In this document: piece after piece, positions 60,645-64,000 of the stretch
How positions within the stretch are numbered: position 1 is the stretch's first letter
How the letters are laid out: each line of letters starts with the position of its first letter
Origin: Verrucomicrobiota bacterium
GTDB taxonomy: Bacteria; Verrucomicrobiota; Verrucomicrobiia; Limisphaerales; AAA164-E04
NCBI GenBank assembly: GCA_047947115.1
Contig: CP170459.1
Span: forward strand, 2,208,001-2,272,000
Direction of reading: 5' to 3'
Length of the DNA stretch: 64,000 bases
Program-made: the position numbers and the translations under genes
The notes under the pieces: generated by a model
What the model was told of the DNA's origin: nothing
Seen by the model: only the letters and a program-made list of their open reading frames with translations
Databases searched by the model: none

Positions 60645-63239
60645 ATGATGTTACCAAGAATTGCATTGTTATTGTTGTCGAGCCTGTCCTGGCTCGGGAC
60701 TCTAGTCGTTTTATCCGATGAAGCCCGATATATCCGCGATGAGGATACCGGAATCACTTTGATGGAGGGATTTGACGCCGAGTTGATTTATGACGTTCCA
60801 ATTTCCCAAGGTTCCTGGGTGGCGATGGCCTTCGACCCAAAGGGCAGGCTCATTGTTTCTGATCAGGATGACAAAGGCGTTTTTCGAGTGACATTGCCCG
60901 GGACCGGTGCCGTCACGGAAGGAATACAGGTGGAGAGTCTGGAGGGCTTCCCTTATCTGCCGATAAAGTGGGGCAGACGCACGGTGGGTGGTGCGCTGGG
61001 CTTCGTGCATGCCTTTGATAGTCTCTACATGTCTTCCATGAAAGGCTTTTATCGTATCCGGGATACCGATGGAGACGATCGATATGATGAATTCCAACTC
61101 CTGAAAAAGCTCGGTGTGGGCTATGAGCATTCGGCGCATTCCATTATTGTGACCGAGGACGGCAAGGGACTTTACCTGGTTGTAGGAAACCACACCCGGG
61201 TTCCTGAAGGTGTGCCCAGTTTGCAGCCTCCTGTTTGGGACACCGATTCATTACTGCAGGAGATGCCCGATGCGATGGGGCATGCAGTCGGTATCCGTCC
61301 ACCAGCGGGTTATATCTGCCGCATTTCACCAGACGGTGAGGAATGGGTAATGCTTGCATCCGGGTTTCGGAATGCAGTGGACATTGCGTTGAACAGGGAA
61401 GGTGAATTGTTCACGTATGACTCCGATCTTGAATTTGATATCGGCGTGCCCTGGTATCGTCCCACACGCGTCAATCATGTGACATCGGCAAGTGAATTCG
61501 GTTGGCGCGCCGGTTCCGCCAAATGGCCGGAGTATTTTGCAGATGGAAATGGTGCTGTGCTCAATATCGGTCCAGGGTCGCCGACCGGTATCAGCTTCGG
61601 GCATCACTCCAATTTTCCAAATGTTTACCAGGATAAATTGTTCATTTGTGATTGGACCTTTGGCGCCATTTATATGGTGGAGATGGAGGAAGACGGCTCC
61701 AGTTACACCGGAACCAAAACGAAGTTTCTCAGTGGTGAACCGCTGAACATTTCGGCCATGCGATTTGGTCCGGATGGCAACATGTACTTTCTGGTGGGGG
61801 GGCGAAATACGGATTCGAAGCTTTATCGAATCAGTTACAAAGGTGCCGACATTCCAGGAGGAGTCAAAGATCTGACAAAGAACCAGCACCTTCGTGACTT
61901 ACGTCATTCGCTGGAAGCATACCATGGTTTGTCTGATGGGGGTGAGGGTGCCGTTCAAAAGGCCTGGCCGTATTTGTCGCATGAAGATCGATATATTCGC
62001 TATGCCGCTCGTCTGGCCATTGAAAATCAGCAGGTTTCCTTATGGCAAGATCGTGTGTTTACCGAAACGGAGCCAAGAGCCATCATTTACTCCGCTATTG
62101 GACTGAGTCGTCATGGAGACAAAAGGCTTTCGAATCGACTTTTGGGGAAGCTTCACACGATACCCTTTCAAGCTTTGGAAAACGAAGATCGGTTGGCGCT
62201 TCTCAGAGCTTATTCGCTTTGTTTTATCCGAATGGATGAACCCGCTCCTGAAAAAGTTCACGCGATCATTGCTCAATTGGACCCACATTTCCCCAGCGAA
62301 AACGAAGCGCTCAATACCGAACTTTGCCGTGTCCTATGTTACCTGGACGCGCCTGATGTCGTGAGGAAAACCATTGCATTGATGAAGGTGACTCAAACCA
62401 AAACGCTCGACTATGACAGGCAAACCTTGCAGCGTCACGAGTACGGCAAGACTATTCTGCAAACCATGGCCAACACGCCCAATATTCAAAATATTCAATA
62501 CGCTTACTCATTACGACGTGTTCAAAACGGATGGACGCTTGATGATCGCAAATACTTTTTTGGCTGGATGAATGAAACACTCATGAAAAGTGGGGGAAAG
62601 AGTTTTGCTGGATACATGCGTGCGATCAGGGAAGATGCCATCCAACACCTGCCACCCGAGGCGGCTTCGTCAGTTTCCTGGTTGTTGGGGGATATTGAGT
62701 CCGTCGATCTGAGCCAACTCCCGACACCCAAGGGACCCCCGGTTGCCTGGACCACCGACAAGTCGATGGAGCTGTTCAAGGACTCACTGCAGGGTCGCGA
62801 TTTTCAAAACGGCAAAACCATGTTTTCAGCAGGACGCTGTGTGGCCTGTCATCGTTTCCAGGGATCGGGTGGTTATTCGGGGCCTGATCTTGGTTCGGTG
62901 GGCAATCGTTACACGATTCGGGACATCCTGCAGTCCATCTGTGAACCCAGTCATTCCATTTCGGAACAATACCAGGCCAGCACCGTTCATATGAAGGATG
63001 GCTCGATGTTGTACGGACGAATCATTTATCAGAATGAAGATGAATTGGCGTTGGCATCCAATCCCTTCAATTTCGGTCAAATCACCAAAACACCCGTCGA
63101 ACAAGTGGAGAAGATAAAACCCTCTCAGATATCCCTGATGCCGATGGGCACCATATACGGCATGAATGCTGAGGAGCTCAAGGACTTGATCGCTTACCTC
63201 ATTTCCGGAGGGAATCGTAGGCACGAAGTATTTCAGTGA
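60645..63239 (+). CDS. PVC-type heme-c protein with PQQ/sorbosone-dehydrogenase-like propeller and HEAT region
   Basis: GFRNAVD, YDSDLEFD...WYRPTR, GPGSPTG, CVACH..GPDL, SLMP. Alternative start 60609. Confidence 0.88.
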   Translation: MMLPRIALLLLSSLSWLGTLVVLSDEARYIRDEDTGITLMEGFDAELIYDVPISQGSWVAMAFDPKGRLIVSDQDDKGVFRVTLPGTGAVTEGIQVESLEGFPYLPIKWGRRTVGGALGFVHAFDSLYMSSMKGFYRIRDTDGDDRYDEFQLLKKLGVGYEHSAHSIIVTEDGKGLYLVVGNHTRVPEGVPSLQPPVWDTDSLLQEMPDAMGHAVGIRPPAGYICRISPDGEEWVMLASGFRNAVDIALNREGELFTYDSDLEFDIGVPWYRPTRVNHVTSASEFGWRAGSAKWPEYFADGNGAVLNIGPGSPTGISFGHHSNFPNVYQDKLFICDWTFGAIYMVEMEEDGSSYTGTKTKFLSGEPLNISAMRFGPDGNMYFLVGGRNTDSKLYRISYKGADIPGGVKDLTKNQHLRDLRHSLEAYHGLSDGGEGAVQKAWPYLSHEDRYIRYAARLAIENQQVSLWQDRVFTETEPRAIIYSAIGLSRHGDKRLSNRLLGKLHTIPFQALENEDRLALLRAYSLCFIRMDEPAPEKVHAIIAQLDPHFPSENEALNTELCRVLCYLDAPDVVRKTIALMKVTQTKTLDYDRQTLQRHEYGKTILQTMANTPNIQNIQYAYSLRRVQNGWTLDDRKYFFGWMNETLMKSGGKSFAGYMRAIREDAIQHLPPEAASSVSWLLGDIESVDLSQLPTPKGPPVAWTTDKSMELFKDSLQGRDFQNGKTMFSAGRCVACHRFQGSGGYSGPDLGSVGNRYTIRDILQSICEPSHSISEQYQASTVHMKDGSMLYGRIIYQNEDELALASNPFNFGQITKTPVEQVEKIKPSQISLMPMGTIYGMNAEELKDLIAYLISGGNRRHEVFQ

Positions 63240-63339
63240 ATTGAACTGAGAAACCCGCAGAATGATGCGAACTTACAGTTAATTGTTTGTGCGAAATGTT
63301 GAATGTTGAGACTTGACCCCAAATAAACTAAACAAGTCA

Positions 63340-63936
63340 TCAGGCATCGCCTTGCTTGTTCATTGACTTAGGGACGTTTAAGCCGTCGTTTTGAGCCGGA
63401 TCATGGAAGGGGGTGTTCTGGACATAAAAAAAGGCGTCCAGTTGTGATGAAAGTTTGTTTTTTAGTTGGTTGATCGTGCTTCGAGCTGCCCGGAAGAGTT
63501 TCAGGCGTTCGCCGGCGAGTTTGCGGCTTTCTTTTCGCAGGCGATGCAAAATTTCCGCCATGGCTTTTTTCTGGAAACCGGGAAATACTTTTTCCAGTTC
63601 AGTTAAAAGTCGGTTGCGTGTTTGTTTGGTGTCCCGGATGACGGATAACGCTTCTGCTTCACTTACCTCCCCGGCTTCCACATATCTCAACAGAGTGCAT
63701 CGGAATAATCCACATCGAGCCGGACGGCAGTGGTAGGTTTGACATGCGTCTTGTCGATAGCCTGAGCAGGGTTGCTGCATGATCCAGTCACCGTGATCAT
63801 CCTGTTGCACACGAAGCTCGGCGGATTTAAGGGATTCGACAGAATCTTCCGACTGAAGTCGCACACGCGTGAACAGTGTTCCGTCACAACAGAACCCGCA
63901 GGCCAGGCAAAGTCTTTCTTCCACACTTTGATTCAT
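63340..63936 (-). CDS. YkgJ family cysteine cluster (CxxCxxCC) protein
   Basis: LCLACGFCCDG...QPC...C.TY..RP..C..F.C. Confidence 0.88.
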   Translation of the reverse strand: MNQSVEERLCLACGFCCDGTLFTRVRLQSEDSVESLKSAELRVQQDDHGDWIMQQPCSGYRQDACQTYHCRPARCGLFRCTLLRYVEAGEVSEAEALSVIRDTKQTRNRLLTELEKVFPGFQKKAMAEILHRLRKESRKLAGERLKLFRAARSTINQLKNKLSSQLDAFFYVQNTPFHDPAQNDGLNVPKSMNKQGDA

Positions 63937-64000
63937 TGACTTCAGCTTCAATCAAACTCGCATCAAAGGCCTCACTTTGATCTTTGAATTGGTTCACCGT

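Overview
Ordinary chromosomal window from a PVC-superphylum bacterium, most likely a marine Verrucomicrobiota lineage. This is inferred from DUF1501/DUF1549-1553 and DUF1552/DUF1592 clusters, three sulfatases, a PVC-type heme-c dehydrogenase, a DUF5069-like protein and Verrucomicrobia-style secreted proteins. It has about 45 CDS. These include housekeeping genes (nadD, rsfS, purF, waaA, fbaA, anmK), many secreted hydrolases, peptidoglycan-recycling genes and a NapH1-like vanadium haloperoxidase beside an IS remnant, plus tRNA-Arg(ACG). No CRISPR array, prophage or defence system is evident. The least explained signals are: (i) several families of GTAG-type REP/REPIN repeats with compensatory stem changes; (ii) a 22-24 nt hairpin inserted right after ATC in three unrelated host repeats; (iii) a ~50-aa domain shared by two secreted proteins, a candidate sorting domain; (iv) two headless divergent genes joined at TGATCA, plus several apparent frameshifts that may be assembly errors. 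All family assignments come from motif recognition by eye, not from database searches.
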